DNA of 64,000 bases, from NCBI GenBank assembly GCA_035084275.1, contig CM068751.1:20708001-20772000 (forward strand). The letters run 5' to 3'. This DNA is from Hydrolagus colliei (taxonomy: Eukaryota). The translations under genes were made by a program, and so were the position numbers. Below are positions 13,301 to 28,300 of the stretch, one piece after another; within the stretch, counting starts at the first letter, position 1; each line of letters opens with the position of its first letter. The notes under the pieces are model-generated. The model saw nothing but the letters and a program-made list of their open reading frames with translations. It did no database searches and was not told where the DNA came from.

Positions 13301-16300
13301 AGATGTCTCAAAGCACTTCACAGGATGTATTTAAAGTGCATTGACTGTACTTTGTGGTAGGAGAGAACAGCTTATCTGTGCACAGCTCATCCCAGCCAGA
13401 TAATTTTTTAACGTGATTATCTAACGTTTTACTGTGATATAAGGGGCTATGAAACTACAAGTTCCTTCTCTAGAACTCTGTGATGTTCAACTTTGGTACT
13501 ACAGGGCTAAATTGTCCTTCATCATCCATAGCCTTTGATGCTTAGCTGTCACTGATTGAATTATTTCATTGGTAATATTGGCACTTTTGAAGGACCTATA
13601 GCAATGTTTGTTAGATGGATTCATTATAACCAAGTATGCTTCAATCGCATACGAATAAAGTATTCAGTTTATACTCACGTAAAGGGAGGATCCGTTGACT
13701 CGCAGAGTTTGGTTCACATTGCACTCCCCGTTATTATTGCAGTTGCAAAGCACAAATCTGGGATTAATAACTGAAAGTGCATTATTGGATCCAATTGCTT
13801 CAATTTCAAACAAGAATCCATCTGCACTTCTTGGGATCCAGGTTAACGTTCCATTTGCTGTGGGATTCAAAACAAAGTTGTTGATGGAATGTATTTTGAA
13901 TAATTCTCTCTTTATGGATATTCTGAAGATGAATTATTCTCCAAACCTATGGCACTTTTTTCAATCTGATTTAAGGTTTTACCTTTCCGAAATTCTATTA
14001 GTTGAGGTGTGTTCTCATTGAGGTGATGCTGGTTAAGTGTAGTACTCAATGTATGGGTTACTGCCAAGTTTGCCATTCCCAGTCTTTATTGAGCAATTTA
14101 TTCTGGGTTTCAGCAAAGCCAGGTGTTCAAGCATTGATTGGTATGTTTACTTTCTCTAATGGGCCTCTAACAGTGTTGGGGGAAAGATCATCTAAATGCA
14201 AGTTCTATTTCAATTCAGCAATAATTCCAGCTACTTTGATTCCTGGTTTTGAACAATGAAAATATCACATTGGTACAGTGGAGGAGGCAATTTCCTGAGG
14301 TTAGTTCTCAAAAAAACATGTTTTTGTCAAAGAGTAGAGAGAACTTTACTCTGTATCTGGACACAATCTCACTGACCTGTAAGCATTGATGTTAATACAT
14401 GGTGGGCACAAACACACAGTGAAATTTTATTTTTGTTAATCTTCAATAAAAATATCACTGGACAGACAATTGGAGCAGATGGTTTTACATTGAAAATTGT
14501 AATTTAACTCATTACCTGTTAGATTCAAATCTTGGGAGGTTTTAGCTGTAAATGTAACATTTCCTTCTGCTGCGTAGTAGGAAATTATTTTCTGCAACAA
14601 TGTCCCTGAAATACGTTGGTTTCCTTGAATAACTGGTGGGAATGAGCCTAAAAAGAAAAGGGTATTTGGTGAATGATATAAAATAGAAAGAGAAATAGAG
14701 CTTTTGTAATTATAAAACTGTAATAGTTACTTATTTTGTGATTGATGGTTAATACTGGAGTAACTTCTGATATTTAAGTAGAGATATCAGTGATATCACT
14801 TACAAACCAAATATTAACTTGCTTGGAACTGCTGTAAGTCTAACTAAATTTACATTGGTTTATAAATACAAAGCTTATTTTAATTAGATCACCCCTGATC
14901 CCAACCCCCAGCTAGGATACTCTTCCTTGACTGTCCTGCACTTTGGGACATCCTCCCAATTTGAAAGGCACTGTACAAATGTAATTTGTGGTGGTTGCTG
15001 CTTACGTAGTACTTTATTCTCTGCTTTGAAGGCTTTGATTTGGTTTGCTGTGGCCAACCCAATTTCTTCATTCCCTGTAATTAGTGCGTCAAAAATACAT
15101 TGTGTATTATTGCTGCACGCTTCGGCAAATTTTTCATAGTTAGGATTGGATTTGAGTTCATTCATAAAGATGGGTTGAAATGTGGTGTTGCGATTCCTCG
15201 TTAATCCTTTGGCTGTAAAAAGGAATTGGTCAGCGGGCACTGTCCCTGTTGCAATAGAAAGAGAATAATCGATTAGTTCAGGTTGATGGGTGTTCACGGC
15301 TACTGCAACAATTATTTGTGTAGAGATGTAAAACAGTACTTTTCTCGTGAAAATGTTTAACAAGCTTTCATTTAGGTGTTCACGGTATCATCCCATCTAG
15401 TTGTGTAGCGTACAATCTGGTTCACCAACAAATGAATGCGTGACTTTCAATTTCCACTATAAAATACTCTGCTGTAGGGTTGACTGAACATTTGCTCTGA
15501 AACCACTTTCAGACAGGCTCCAAAGCAAACATGGTTGATGTTGAATCTTATCAATGAATTTCTCTGGGATCAGAATGATCTCCCCTCTTGGACACATTAG
15601 CATTGTACTCACATGTCTCCCCATAATTGTAAATAGCAGATTCAGGGCTGTTGATGGGTATCATGGAACCGTTTGGCATTTTCAAGTCATCATTAGGATC
15701 ATTGTTCCATAAACCTGCAAATAGACAAACAGTCAAACAATAGTTGGCAATGAGCTTGGATTTTCAATAACCATAATTAAAATCCGTATATTGTTGCTAA
15801 ATTTCCCAAATATTGAATTGAGGAATATGATACAATCATTCTTGCCAACATTTAGACCTTTTTATCACAATGGATTTATGTTATTTTATAACGTCAGAAA
15901 TTTACTATCAATCTATTTATTTATCCTCAGTGACTGGGGAAGGACCAAGGCCAACAATACAAGGCACCGATTTGGGGGAAAAAGCCTGACAAACACATCT
16001 GCTCCATGGAGGAACGGAAAACTGAGAAAGGTGAGTAAGATCCGTACATGAGGTCCTGGAAAAGAATGACTTATTAGGTCATAGGTGGAGCAATTACATT
16101 TGATTTTAATACAGCGAGCAGAAAGGTTACATTGTCTGGATAGTGTATTCTGAAATTGAAATGATTAACAGAAATCAATTGCTATAAACAATTCATAAAA
16201 TAAATACAACAAAGATCTGATGGAGAGAAAGGCTGAAGTGAAGAACCATTTACTTTTTGTGAGAAGTTACGAATTAAAGCCAACAAGTACCAGGAGTGAA

Positions 16301-19300
16301 GTGTGGTGTGACATTCCCTCAATTCAGAAATTGGGATTGTTTGCAGAACTACAGAACATGAGAAACCCTCGTATTCTGGAACTTAGTCTTGAGTTTTAAG
16401 AATATTTTATGGCTCATAATGAGTCAAGCACAGGAAGTGTCAACCTGGGGACTTAGACTTTGGCCAAGTTTCAGCCTGAACCAGTATCAGTAAATATCAG
16501 GGTCCACAGCCCAATGGTTTTATAATTATAGTGCAATAGAACTGGATTATACTGCGTCAACAATATACTCATTTTGAATCTAGTTGCAAGGGGTAGGAGC
16601 TAATCTCTGTCATTTGAAATGTAGCTTACCGAGTAGTCCTTCTGTTTTGTTCAGGTAATCCTCAGGTAAGAATAGTGTGAAGCTTAGCATGGCAAATTTT
16701 GCTTTTACTGTGAGTGAAATCCCTGCATCAAATGTAGCTGTGATCGTTGATCCATTCGCACTCTTTTCCAGGAAAAAAGCCCCTTCCTCATAAATCTCTT
16801 TACTGGTATCTGCAACAATGACATACATGCTCTTAATTTGTTATCGATTTTCACATATTCTGCTTTGATAAGCAAGTACCCAGTCACAAACTTATATCAA
16901 ACACATCAGTCTTGTTGGGAGGGAAGTGTAAAGCAGCTGGAAATCCCCATACAGCAGTCCCCAGAGCTCTGTCAAACCACACTGCTATACGTTTCCAAGT
17001 TTGCCAAAGTCTGTACGTTTCATTTAAATCTGTTTTGCTCTTCAGCTTTATCAACAGCTGCAAAATGATGGGATTCCTCTGTGTGTCACCAGGATGATTC
17101 TCGGCTCAAGACTCTCTTCTTCAACGGACCTCATCGGCAACTCCTGATCCCCCCCCTTCCATTCCCCCCCACCCAGTCCTCATTGTTGTTTGCTTACTCA
17201 ATAGTGTCAGAAATAATAAATTAGGCTCACCTTCAGTAAAAGCCACAAAGGTTACATTCTGGCCGTTCAGTAAGACATCAATGGATTCATTATATTTTAA
17301 AATGAACTGGACCTGCAAAGAAAGTACATATCTTTAACCTTCAAGCCATAAACTGTTGGCCGTGTTGAGTTTGTCTGCACAGTAAGATGAGAAGTTGAGT
17401 TTGATTTCACACCTAATCTTTCTGATGGATTTAGTGAGTTACAAGCTTCACATGTAGAATCAAAGCAACTCTTTACTTCTGGAGCTTGGGTTCACAAACC
17501 GCTTAATGACCCAGATTAATGGATGGAAATGAATAGTTTGGACAGTTTTAAACCTATTTGTGGTAGGTGTGTGTTCACATTTAAAAAAGGTGCAACAGGT
17601 GAGCATAAGATTGGAAATGCATTTGTACTTCTGGTTCAGAAGGCCAAATTTATTGCTGGTTTGAAATGGAAAAGTTCCCCGGCCGCAGGCTACACACTAG
17701 TTACTTTTACTAACTTCTTAAGATGTTATATTAAAAGGTTACTCACTGTGGTATTAATTGTGGACAAATACTGAGCTGCAAATGCCATGAAGTTTGTGGC
17801 TAGAGCCACACCGGTTCGTTCGGTGAGACCATGCAGCTTAAAAATGGTTTTGGTGCTGGAATCCTTCACATTGCACACTATGTAGTTACCAAGACCATTA
17901 AATGTGTAGTCCAGTCCATCCAGGGTAGTGAAGTGAGGATCTCCAAGCATCCTGCCTGCAATAATACACAGAAGCAAACTGAGGGTCCACTAATGATTAC
18001 ATCAAATACATATTAATCGGGCAAATGTTATCTCAAAGCCAGCACTTTGCATGCTCTTTCTCCTCTCCTCTCTCACTGAGGTAAAGATCATTTGCATTGT
18101 CTCCTAACTGATTCTTTCCTGGACTTCAAGATTGTGAAACTCAATTTTATTTTGTGTTTTTCAGTAAAAGTTTATATTGGATAAATGCTGCTTTACAGTT
18201 TTACTTGGTTAAACTCCAACAGGAGTCAACGCAAACTCTGGGTCCCCAAATCTTTTCTCTTGCCAACCAGCGCCTAATACTCTTTAGAATTTGGTAAGCA
18301 GTGTGTCTTTCCAGGGAAACAATTTGCATTTAATTTGAGATCTTGAGCAATTTGATGTATAGGTTGCGTACATCAACAACAAGCTACATTTATAGAGCGC
18401 CTTTCATGACTCTTAAGCATGGTGATGTGTTTCCCCTGTGTCAGACACCCAGCTGACCAAAGATAATTGTCCTGTACTTTCAAAGGGAAAATTTGCAGCT
18501 AAACGTAGAAACAGGAGAAGGCCATTCAGCCCCTCAAGCCTGTTTCACCATTCAAAAAGTTTGTGGCTGATCTGTAGCTCAAGTCCAATTCCTTCCCTTG
18601 CCCCGTGTCACTTAATACCCTGATCCAACAAATATCTATCCATCTCAGTCTAGATGTGAATGGAATGGCTATGGGGTAAGAACAGGGCAGTGGGACTGAA
18701 CGGACATATCTTTCAAAGAGCCACGATGGACCGAATGGCCTGCTTTTGTGTGGTAAGCTTCTATGATTATATGATGTTTACCAAACATCTTGTGCAAGTT
18801 TCACACTGATCCAGTGCTTTGGGACGTCCTCCTGACATGAAAGTCACTGTACAAGAAAGCATGTTGTTGTTGTTGGTGGTGGTGGTGGTGGTGGTGGGTA
18901 AGGACAGTGTAAATTTGCACAGGCAGCAATTCTAAAGTATTCCGATGAAGGATTATATTTCAGTGATCAACTTGATAGATACTTTGTTTTACGTCACATA
19001 TCATTCTTTGCAATGCTCTCTCTGTACAGGGGGGGGGGGGGCGGTATTTGAGGCCTTGGTTTCATGTTTGCAGTCTTAAACAAGACTCACTGATTTACGT
19101 CAGCAATAAAAATTAAACATGACATTTATTATGGTGTTTCATGTGCTGTAAAATTACCTGAAGCTGGTGGTGTGTATCCTTGACACGTATCCTTTGGTCT
19201 TTTCTGCTGATAATAGTCACAGAACGTTGGGTCTGCAATCTTTCCGCAGCACCAGTCGTGTGGATCTAGGTCGAATTCTATCCAGGAAGATTGTTAATCA

Positions 19301-22300
19301 ATAATATAAATTATATACTTTTGTCATGAGCAATAGATCAATAGAGAATTAATTGGGCACAGAGGGAGTAGAAGAATATTCCATAATTTCAAATGAATAC
19401 ATACGCTGGTTTTTGGTTGAGGATGTTGAATTTCTGAAGTATCTTTCCTGAAACCCTTCAATGAGTGCATTCTTTTTGTTGTAAATGCATCTCAGACCAG
19501 CATTAAATGTGTTTGGAAGAGTAGGACGGAGAAGTTTGGTTGACCCTACTATGGAAATTCAACAAGAGACATTTAGTGTTGGTCATATGTCACCAGAAAA
19601 CACACTGTGGTCTCCTGATTGATTAAATGTTACTCAGATTTTAGCTAAAATAAAGCATTGGTCTCAATACTGCAATTCAATCTGCTTGTTAGGAGCCATG
19701 TTGTTTTGTTGATTTCCATTGTGTTGCAGAGAGAAAAGTAAGATACAGATCATTCTCACTTCCATCATTGGTCAATATGTATTTAAGTAAAGTAACTGGG
19801 CAAAGGGATATTTGTAATTTCCATTCAGGATTCAATTCTAAACCAAACTAGATTAATGAGATGAAACCACCACAGCAACAACTTGCATTTATATCGCGCC
19901 CCTCACTCAGGGTAACGTCCTGGAACACTTGGCTGTGATGGAGAACACACAGAGCCTGGGGGAGATGACTGTAGGTCGGGGGGAAGAGGAAGCTGTTCAG
20001 TCTCGATCTGAAGATGGGGAATGAAAGGGCAAGGTGCAGGGATATAGGAAGAGTGTTCCAGAGTTTGGGAGCAAAGCGGCTGAAAGCGCAGCCACAGATG
20101 GTGCAATGTTGGACACGAGGGACATGCTGGAGACTGGAGCCAGTCAAGCGGAGGCATCGGGTAGTGGGTTGCGGACTGAGCAGGTCCCAGAGGTAGGGAG
20201 GGGCAAAGGCACGAAGGGATTTGAAAACAAGTGAGAGGATGTTGAAATCGATCCTTTTGGCGATAGGCAGCCATTGGAGCCCGGCTAGAACTGGTGAGAT
20301 GGTGGGTGTGGAGTTAGTTTGGGCGAGTGTGTGGATGCAGAGTTTTGGATGAACTGGATTTTGTGGATGGTGGAGCTGGGGAGAGTAGCGAGGAGACTAT
20401 TTGAATAGTCGAGGCGGGAGGTCACGAATGCAATGATGAGTGGATGAAAGTCATCTCTGCCTGTTGGCAGCAATGTGAGTTGAGTTTGGATCATTTCTTA
20501 TGGGTGTGGGCTCATACACAAAACTACTATTAATTTGACCATTTCAGTCCGAGTGGTGATAGAATATCACACTGTACAATGGAGACTGAAATCTCAGAAA
20601 GGTGTGTACAGAAGGACTGTTTATTGTGCATTTAACAGCAAAAAGTTGTATTTCCCAGGAGAATAATCACTTACCTTTAATGAGAGAGAAACAAAAATCA
20701 CCATAACATAAAAAAACTTACATTATAAACATTAAAAAAAAGATTTTTTTGAGAGATATAAAGCCAGCAATAGTAAATGATCTCATTTTTAAGCCATGTT
20801 GGAGATTTATTTTTCCATCCTTCTAACACTGTCAAGCCTGTCCTTTCAGACTGAGGGAAAATCACTCTGTAGTTTAACTGTTTCTACATTTGCTTCACAT
20901 ATGTTAATTAGTTCAAATTCAAGATTGAGTTACCTAAAGCAGTTAAGAAAGAAAAAGGAACTCGTTCTTTATCTTCAATAAACGGTTGTCGGAAACATTA
21001 CCTGATTTGAAATTCCGGAATTGTTTGTCTGGCACTCCTTGGCTAAAAGTACATGGACAGGAAAGTAAAGCCTGATTCCATTCCAATGGATCTGGTTCTG
21101 ATGTAAACCAGTTCAGACACTCTGCTTTGTAATTCCTCTGCGGACTGCCTCTAGTTAGGTTATATGCCCAGAGCCCTGTCCGACCTGAAGAGTGAAATTA
21201 AAACAGGAAAATAGTATTCAAAAGTTTGGGATTAATATTTGCAATATAAATATTCGAGTTACTGTATATAGATTTGCAATTAGAATCTGTACTACTGTCA
21301 TTTAAAAAGTATGCTATAATCGAAACTTAACTCAAGATTTTAAAAAAAAACTGTTTATGTTCTCTGTGAAACAGATAGTGAGGAAATTGTCTTTGCAAGT
21401 TCTTTGTACGGATGAACAAACCTGTATTTGTTCCCAGCTCCGTGTTTGGACGAAACCTCTTCATCTCAGGAAGATTTGATTGTTGGTCATTCACAAAGTA
21501 TCCGTCTCCACTGTAACAGAGAATAAACATTCAGGAACTATAACCTTACAGTAATTATGATGGGATGACTTGGATCGAATTAGATTTTTGAAATTATCTT
21601 TGAGCTCAGTTCAGTAGTAACCAAGCTTTTTGGTCGGCCAACCAAAGACATGTTTGTTTATTGAACATGGGTCGGGACCCGAGGCTGGGAACCACTGGGA
21701 TAATACAATATCATACTTGGGGGGTTAAAAGTACCTGTTAAAACCTATGAGAACATTTGTGGAAAGTAGCTTTGTTACGTCCCAGTTCATTCCGTCACAC
21801 TTGTATAATATGAGAACAAAGGACTGAGTGCCGTCTGTACTTAACACTGCTTGGAAGGTGTTTGTCTGAAAAACAAGATGGCAGCGTTTGTACCTGGATT
21901 GTATGGACGCTGCTCTAATACAATAGATTGTTAAACAAATGATAAAACAACATAAATAGGATATGCAAATCATAACATAATGCATCATCCCCACAGCCCT
22001 CTGCAACCTTGTCCAAGTGGTCAATGATCATGTATTAGTTCATGTTGGTGAATGTGTGCACAGGGGAGATTCAGAACAGAATCTGATCTTGGCTTCACTT
22101 TTAAAAGAGAGGTAGACGTTTATTTGGGGAGGACGGAATTGCGCGGTAACGGGGAGAGAGAGATGGGCAGTGAGATTGAGTTGCTCTTTTCAAAGAGCCG
22201 GCACAGACTCGATGGGCCAAATGACCTCCTTTTGTGCCGTAAGATTCTATGATTCTATGATTTACCCGATGCTCTAAAATGTAGAGTTTTGAGTGTCAGT

Positions 22301-25300
22301 GAATAGAGATCAGAAGTAACAGCGACAACAACAACAAAACTACATTTTTAGAGTGACTTTCACATCGGAAGGATGTCCCAAGGTGCTGTTCTTATCCTCC
22401 AAAACATAATCTGGATTTATGACTCCTTTCACTTTGGGAGAATGTCTCAGACCCCTTTATAAAGATGGAATGGGGGGAGCCTGAGCTAGGATGGAGATCA
22501 GGGGAGGGAACAGGTGATTAAATGAGCAGTCAAGAGATGGGTTTTTAGATAAGTTTTGAACACAGAAAGAGGTCAGGTAAAGGGATGTCAAAGAGTTCCA
22601 GTGAGGGCGAGAAATACACTTAACGATGGGGCAGAATGCGTGGGGCTTAATGTAGAGCAGAGTTGGTGAAACAGAGGTAGCAGGGTCACAGGAGATCAGA
22701 GGCTCAAAAACCTTTAAAAGTAAGAAGGGTGTTAATCCCGATCATCAGATCAAGCTTAAGATCTTTACTGGGTGGGGAGCCAGGGGAGCTGCCTCGGGGA
22801 AGGCTTTTCTGTTCTTTACGGCTCAAATTTGACAGAGTGTGAGGCAGGAGGACATTCAGGAGAACACATTTAGGAGAATATTACTTGTCCAATAAGTTCT
22901 TCAAAAATTGTTGGATCAGATGAAAATCCTTGAGTTGTGTATTGTTTTGGTCATTATAATTGGTGACCACTATTGATCTAACTTGATTAAAAATTAATGA
23001 ATAAGCAAAATAGTACCTCAGATGTGGACTGAGAAGCATGTACTTGATCCCAGGTTATCTTCAGGGTCCATTTTGCCTTGTATTCAATTCCAAAATACTG
23101 TTTTATCATTCTTTCTACGCTCTGTATCAAACTCTGAGATGCAGAACTGCTGGTAATGTATTCCTGTAAAATGCAAGTATATTTGTAATTAGAACAAAAA
23201 GCAAATCATCCTGACTCTCTGAATCTCCATTACTGTCCAGTGTTATCTACCTTCACAATGCTACAAGTCGAGTTACTTTCGGAATGAAATAATTTTAAAT
23301 ATTAACTACAGACAACTCACCATAGTATCGGATAATATCGATCATAGAATTACACAACACAATAACTCCACTTGTCCTGGCTGGTGTTTACATTCCACAA
23401 GTGCCTCCACCTTCCCTCTCCTATAATCCCTCTATTAATTTATCGTATATACATCAAGTTTCCTCCTCTAACATACATTCATACTCTTTGCTTCAACCAC
23501 AGGTTCCAGCAAAGATTTCCATATTCTCACTGTCGTCTGTATAGAGAGGTTCATCCTAAACTCCTGATTATTCATGCCACCTCATTTTGACTCATCAACA
23601 AATGGAACCACCTTACCAAATTGTGTCCTAATTTTGATCAAGTCGTCTCATCTTCAATCTTTCTTAGTGGCTACGTCAACTCATTCCTGGTGACATTCAA
23701 CGTAAAACTTTATACTGTAGTAGTTTTTTGTCCTTGTATCTGCTCCACTGATCTATGTATGGACTCATGCATCATATATGGTGGCTACAGGACTGTGAGT
23801 GCAACAAGGCAATCTGTTTGAGTGCACCTTCAAATTGAGCCTAATTTGGTTCTGGTTTGGAATAAAATGTTAGTTTCCCTCAATAAACATTCTGCTAGTC
23901 TAGTTTAGTTCAGTCTGTTCACAATGCAATTGATACAACTGCCCAAATGTAACACAACCTGATAGAAAATCTTTCCTCCATTTGAAAGGTGAGCGTCTAT
24001 CCAGAATGGGGCTATCATGGGGATTGTGGAAGATGCAGTAAATCCATCTGTAGGTGGATGGGTGTGATGGTAGACCTCGGATTCCGATGGTGGGAAAACT
24101 ATCAGTCCATTGTCTGTAAACTGGTAAAAACAACAGGAAACGTCACCACAAGCAGGTTAAATAATATAATTCAATACAATTGATCCAGATCTTTTGCACA
24201 CTCATTTCCTCCCCGCATTAATAATCCTATAATAATAATCCTTGCATTTGATACAGCGCTTTTCACACCTTCTAGACGTCTCAAAGCACTTCACAGAATA
24301 TACTATCAATTGACCTGTCTGTATATATGTGGCAAAACGCAGCAGCCAGTTGCACACAGCAGTGATCCATACACAGTCATTGATTGAAATAACCAATTTA
24401 TATATTTTTTGAGGGATTATTATTATTTAGGCGTGCAGAGTAAAGAAACTTACCCAGGTTTTGCCCTGCCTGGAATTGAACCCAGGCCTCTTGCTTGTAA
24501 GTGAGTACTCTAACCACTGAGCTACAGGACTCCACCATCTGATTGTATGACTTGACATCATCAGCAATAATATTGCAGTAAATATTCTGCCGGATTCTTT
24601 GTGTGTAATGTGAACAGGAGTGGAACCAATGCTGACTCAAATACAACTCTCCTGGTCACTCCTTTCCAAAAAGCTATTTTCACTGAGATTTCCCATCAGT
24701 GAACCAGATTGCAGAAGGCTACTTTGCCATGAATTATTCTAATTATAACATCTAGTATTATTATTATTAATTGCAAGAGCTGTGACCTTCCTCTGTATTC
24801 CCCACAACTTTCTCAAATTCTTTCCGGTTGAAATCGTTACATCACTCACATAAAGTAAAGACTGGAAGCTTTTTCCAAAAGGAAAGCCGATCTCTGGCTT
24901 GAAAACACCAGATGTGATATCAGGATTCATTGTAGTTATTGCTGTGTCTCCAAAAGTCATTCCATAATCCAAAAGTATAGGACCTGCAACAACCAAGTAT
25001 AAGTAAGACATGATATGATTGAGGACCAATATATTCCCAAGGTAAAATCAAACTTGAAAGTAAAACTATTTGACATTTGCGTTAAAGAAGCTGGGAAACC
25101 ACAAATAAAGTTGGCTGATTTGGGATGGTTTGATTGATTCAATGCTTAGTTGACATGGTTTGTTTTTCAAATGCCCAACCAAATGAGGCTTTTTTTTAAA
25201 AAAACACAGGTGAATTGAACCAGAGATGATTACATTCTAAACTGGGCTGGGAACAAGATAGCTGTAATGGCATTAGCAGTCTGAGAACATAGTATATCTT

Positions 25301-28300
25301 TCATATCTGTGATTTGTTTAAACTTTTTTAAAAAAAGTATTTTTAAAAAAGTATTTTTCTCGCTTATCTGACCACTGAATAATTAAAGCTTCTTATCCTG
25401 TGAGAAGAAGGGAAGGAGAAGAGCTTGAAGAGGTTTGGGGATACTTGCTCTTTGAATTGGTGGATGAATGGCCTCTTGCTGTACTTTAGATTCCAATGTG
25501 TGCTTGTTTTTTATGTTGTATTAAATGGATTTGTGAATATTCCCGCCATTGGTTGCAATCAAAGATTTATGCAAACATTTCAGTCTGAATTTCTGGGGTG
25601 TTAGTGGTGGTGCTGTTAAGTCACATGTGATTATCTGGCGTGCAGAGATTCAGTGTTGTTCTATATTAATACAGTATTTAAAGCCCAAATTTGTAGGGAG
25701 AGGAATATTGAGGAGAGTGAGGAATTCCTCAGTTTTGAGTTTCTGGGGAAAAATTGACTTGAGCATAGTCAGGACAACAGGCCTGGGTTTCAACAGTGAA
25801 AATGCAGGAAAGAGGAGATAGTGTAGGATATCGGGTTAGGAAAGTACAGAGGAAGAATAATCACAGCCTTTATACTTGGGACAGAATAACCAGGACTAGC
25901 TGGTGTGGATTGATAGGTGAGCACAGACTGAACACAATGTATGGAAAGATTCATTTCAATTTGCCAACAAAACTGAAAATTCTTACATCCAACAACGAGG
26001 GTACTTGGCAGGGTAGTGGTCGGAGTTGTTGTTGTTGTTGCTGTGGTGGTGGTGGTGGGTGTTGTTGTGGTGGTGGGTGTTGTTGTGGTGGTGGGTGTTG
26101 TTGTGGTGGTGGGTGTTGTGGTGGTGACTGTCGTGCTTTGGGAGGTGGGTGCTCCTGAAGAGGTGGTGGCTGATGTTGAAGAACTGATGGCTGCTGTACT
26201 TGCGGGTGAAGAACTGATGATTGGTGCTGCTGTTGTGGTTGAAGAACTGATGATTGGTGCTGTTGTGGTTGAAGAACTGATGATTGGTGCTGTTGTGGTT
26301 GAAGAACTGATGATTGGTGCTGCTGTTGTGGTTGAAGAGCTGATGATTGGTGCTGCTGTTGTGTGTGAAGAACTGATGGCTGGTGCTGCTGTTGTTGCTG
26401 TTGTGGTTGAAGAACTGATAGCTGGTGCTGCTGTTGTTGCTGTTGTGGTTGAAGAACCGATGATTGGTGCTGCTGTTGTGGTTGAAGAACTGATGATTGG
26501 TGCTGTTGTGGTTGAAGAACTGATGATTGGTGCTGCTGTTGTATGTGAAGAGCTGATGACTGGTGCTGCTGTTGTGTGTGAAGAGCTGATGACTGGTGCT
26601 GCTGTTGTGTGTGAAGAGCTGATGATTGGTGCCGTTGTGGTTGAAGAACCGATGATTGGTGCTGTTGTGGTTGAAGAACTGATGATTGGTGCTGTTGTGG
26701 TTGAAGAACTGATGATTGGTGCTGTTGTGGTTGAAGAACTGATGATTGGTGCTGTTGTGGTTGAAGAACTGATGATTGGTGCTGTTGTGGTTGAAGAGCT
26801 GATGGCTGGTGCTGCTGTTGTGTGTGAAGAGCTGATGATTGGTGCTGCTGTTGTGTGTGAAGAACTGATGATTGGTGCTGCTGTTGTGTGTGAAGAGCTG
26901 ATGATTGGTGCTGCTGTTGTGTGTGAAGAACTGATGATTGGTGCTGCTGTTGTGTGTGAAGAACTGATGATTGGTGCTGCTGTTGTGTGTGAAGAGCTGA
27001 TGATTGGTGCCGTTATGGTTGAAGAACTGATGGCTGCTGTACTTGTGAGTGAAGAGCTGATGGCTGCTGTTGTGAGTAAAGAGCTGATGGCTGGTGCTGC
27101 TGTTGTGTGTGAAGAGCTGATGATTGGTGCTGTTGTGGTTGAAGAACTGATGGCTGCTTTACTTGTGAGTGAAGAACTGATGGCTGCTGTACTTGTGAGT
27201 GAAGAACTGATGGCTGCTGTACTTGTGAGTGAAGAGCTGATGGCTGCTGTTGTGTGTGAAGAGCTGATGGCTGGTGCTGCTGTTGTGTGTGAAGAGCTGA
27301 TGATTGGTGCTGTTGTGGTTGAAGAACTGATGGCTGCTGTACTTGTGAGTGAAGAGCTGATGGCTGCTGTTGTGAGTAAAGAGCTGATGGCTGCCGAGGT
27401 GGTGCTTGTGTTTGTGGAGACTGTTGTGTGGTTTATGTTTGCTCCAGGAGTGGTTGGTACATTTGTGGTCACATTTCCTACAGGAGTGGTGGTGTCTAAA
27501 CAAGAAAGGAGGAAGCAATATACAAGGTGTGACAATCACTTCTACTGCGGTTTATGGCCCATGTTGTTGCTGTTGTTAACTGTGGATAGCATAACAGGTA
27601 GGACTGTGTTTGACCTGAAATTAACAAACATCAAGTTCCCTTCATTCCGCAGCTTTAGGAACAAGGCACCATCAAGAGGTTTTGGGTGAAGGACATATGC
27701 AGAAGAGGTTTGGATTGAAACCAACCTGCAACCCAACTTTCCTCTAACTGTCACTGCAATGACATAATAATAATAATAATCCTTGCATTTAATATAGCGC
27801 TTTCCACATCTTATCAACGTCCCAAAACGCTTCACAGAATATACTGTAAAGTGAATTGACTGTATATATTTGTGGGCGAATCGCGGCAGCCAATTGCGCA
27901 CAGCAGCGTTCCCCCCACACACACACAGCCGTGGATTGAAACGACCAATTTTACTATTGTGGTTTTTTTTTTGGAGGTATTATTATTATTAGGCGTGTGT
28001 GTGGGGTAAGGAAACTTGCCCAAGGTTTCGCCCTGACCTGCCTGGATTCGAACACAGGTCTCCCCAGCTTGGTCTCCCCAGCTTGCAAGACAAATGCTCT
28101 AACCACTGAGCCATAGGAGCTCCACAACTTTCCTCTAACTGTCACTGTAATGATCATTGGAGATAAGAACTTGTGAAAAAAAACCAACATGATATACTTT
28201 CATCCCCAAATATAATTCATTCAAACTCTGGGAAGGGGAGAGATTATACCTAGGCTGAAGGCAGAGCTGGTTTAAAGCATAGGTGTGGCGGAGAAAATAC

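Noticed and set aside
15246-15302. Upstream acceptor extending the 15006-15245 exon
   Set aside because: The acceptor at 15246-15247 has a better pyrimidine tract and restores the Trp also seen in cassette 1
24460-24535. tRNA-like sequences here and near 28050-28124, 44684-44730 and 52930-52995
   Set aside because: They are SINE heads followed by SINE body and tail, not tRNA genes
26016-27689. 557-aa plus-strand ORF (Val/Glu/Ala repeats) and the Cys/Gly ORF 25796-26158
   Set aside because: Antisense shadows of the low-complexity PTS exon; splice sites and gene context support the minus strand
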